A DNA stretch of 64,000 nt from Tubiluchus corallicola (lineage: Eukaryota > Animalia > Priapulida): contig JAQGDQ010000696.1 in the NCBI GenBank assembly GCA_030141605.1, forward strand, positions 46,951 through 110,950, written 5' to 3'. Below are positions 62,427 to 64,000 of this stretch, one piece after another (position 1 is the first letter of the stretch; each line of letters begins with the position of its first letter). The notes beneath the pieces were generated by a model that was given only the letters and a program-made list of their open reading frames with translations, had not been told where the DNA came from and did not search any database. The position numbers were made by a program, and so were the translations under genes.

Positions 62427-64000
62427 GTTTGCCTGCGTATCACTTATAGTTAAATAGAGGTTCTTATGTTTTATTTGATTATTAACTGTCCAAATTTTTT
62501 TATTGGAAAATTTGAGTTTACTGCTTCAGCTGAATATAAAAGCTGCTTTAAAAAATAACATTTTGCAACTGAGATCAGTTATCAGCTTTAAGCACTGGTT
62601 GCAAGCTTCCAAACTTACTCAAATTTCCAGCTACTTCAATTGTATTTAGTTATCAGATATATGTAAGAAGTTTGCACTGTCTGTTCTTTGAGCTGCTGCA
62701 CAGCCCATGTCCTTCAAGTAGTTGATAAAGCCAGGCCCAGTCCATTAAAATCAATAATTTTAAAGCCCATGCCTGGCTGCCTGTGGGGGAAAATCAACAG
62801 AAGCCAATCTGAAAATCCGCTGCTTGTTCTATATATCTTTGTGCCGGTCCGTACCATTACTGACCTCTAGTATCTTTTACTATGTAGCACACAGTACAAA
62901 CAACTTTTACACACGCTTAAATGTTGCTACAAACAGCTAATTTTTTGTTTATAAGAACATAATCGTCAGGCAAAAGTGCATCATATTACCGTTACCAATC
63001 GTACTACCAAAACAATATTTCATGGCACGTTAATGCAGATTAACTTTGATTTATCGACAAACCGAGTACAGGTAGCTACATAGTAAAAGATACTAGAGGT
63101 CAGTAATGGTACGGACCGGCACAAAGATATATAGAACAAGCAGCGGATTTTCAGATTGGCTTCTGTTGATTTTCCCCCACAGGCAGCCAGGCATGGGCTT
63201 TAAAATTATTGATTTTAATGGACTGGGCCTGGCTTTATCAACTACTTGAAGGACATGGGCTGTGCAGCAGCTCAAAGAACAGACAGTGCAAACTTCTTAC
63301 ATATATCTGATAACTAAATACAATTGAAGTAGCTGGAAATTTGAGTAAGTTTGGAAGCTTGCAACCAGTGCTTAAAGCTGATAACTGATCTCAGTTGCAA
63401 AATGTTATTTTTTAAAGCAGCTTTTATATTCAGCTGAAGCAGTAAACTCAAATTTTCCAATAAAAAAATTTGGACAGTTAATAATCAAATAAAACATAAG
63501 AACCTCTATTTAACTATAAGTGATACGCAGGCAAACCTGTAGAAAAAAGCCATTTTAGCTTCCAGTATAACAGACTCAGCAACGACTTTTGTAAATGCAT
63601 CAGCTACCCTATAAAAAGAGAATGAAAATGCCAGTTTTCTTTTGCACTTTCAGCGTAAATTTAGTCATTAGCCGTTATAATTAATAATTTAAGCCAAGAT
63701 ATTAAACTAAACATGAAACCTGATACAAATATTACAGGTAACTCTCAAAAATAACATTGTTTTAGCATTGCAAGTTTTGGTTCTGGGAGTATTATCATGA
63801 AAATTCTAATTATTTGCTGTATCAATACATGGAACAATGCGGCAAACTCATAAAAAATCTAAAAAACTCCACACAGCTATTATTACACAGAATAACCTTC
63901 CTGCAGTATTGTCCTGACTGGTAATGTTAGTTAATAGGAATGCAATTTAAATAGGAGCAAATGTAACTAAATAAAAATAAGCCATACTCCTTAGAAAATA
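61963..64000. repeat. Second long inverted repeat: arms <=61963-62888 and 63075->=64000 (>=926 bp), 186-bp spacer
   Basis: Everything from 63075 to the window end is the reverse complement of 61963-62888. The ORF track shows the identical 60-aa ORF at 62688-62870(+) and 63093-63275(-). Confidence 0.98.

Noticed and set aside
62889-63074. Next QSOX exon inside the second spacer
   Set aside because: Both orientations after the TAG at the arm end hit stops quickly in the required phase, so no exon call was made.
62688-63275. Identical 60-aa ORFs on opposite strands as a duplicated small gene
   Set aside because: Intronic sequence mirrored by the fold-back; TTG start and no recognisable motif.

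Overview
AT-rich, intron-containing animal (invertebrate) genomic DNA, not prokaryotic; most short ORFs in the track are noise. Seven protein-coding genes can be reconstructed by hand from GT/AG boundaries: TBCB (-, runs off the left edge), an intronless Klumpfuss-type C2H2 transcription factor (+), CCDC103/DNAAF19 (+), the 3' half of neurabin/spinophilin (-), the first two exons of a TGF-beta/BMP-family ligand resembling univin/Vg1/GDF1-3 (-), an atypical clan-2 cytochrome P450 (-) and the 5' half of QSOX (+). Between them lie decayed LINE fragments, a tRNA-derived SINE, several MITEs and long microsatellites. The most striking structure is two long, apparently perfect fold-back inverted repeats: 39641-40495/40932-41786 and <=61963-62888/63075->=64000. 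They are made of ordinary gene sequence and sit exactly where three genes break off. In the first, the spacer holds a neurabin exon that is flipped relative to the rest of its gene. The most economical explanation is whole-genome-amplification or assembly chimeras. If real, they would be a very recent rearrangement, with an invertible exon and a possible in-frame TGF-beta-prodomain/neurabin fusion. Family assignments come from remembered motifs; no database searches were run.
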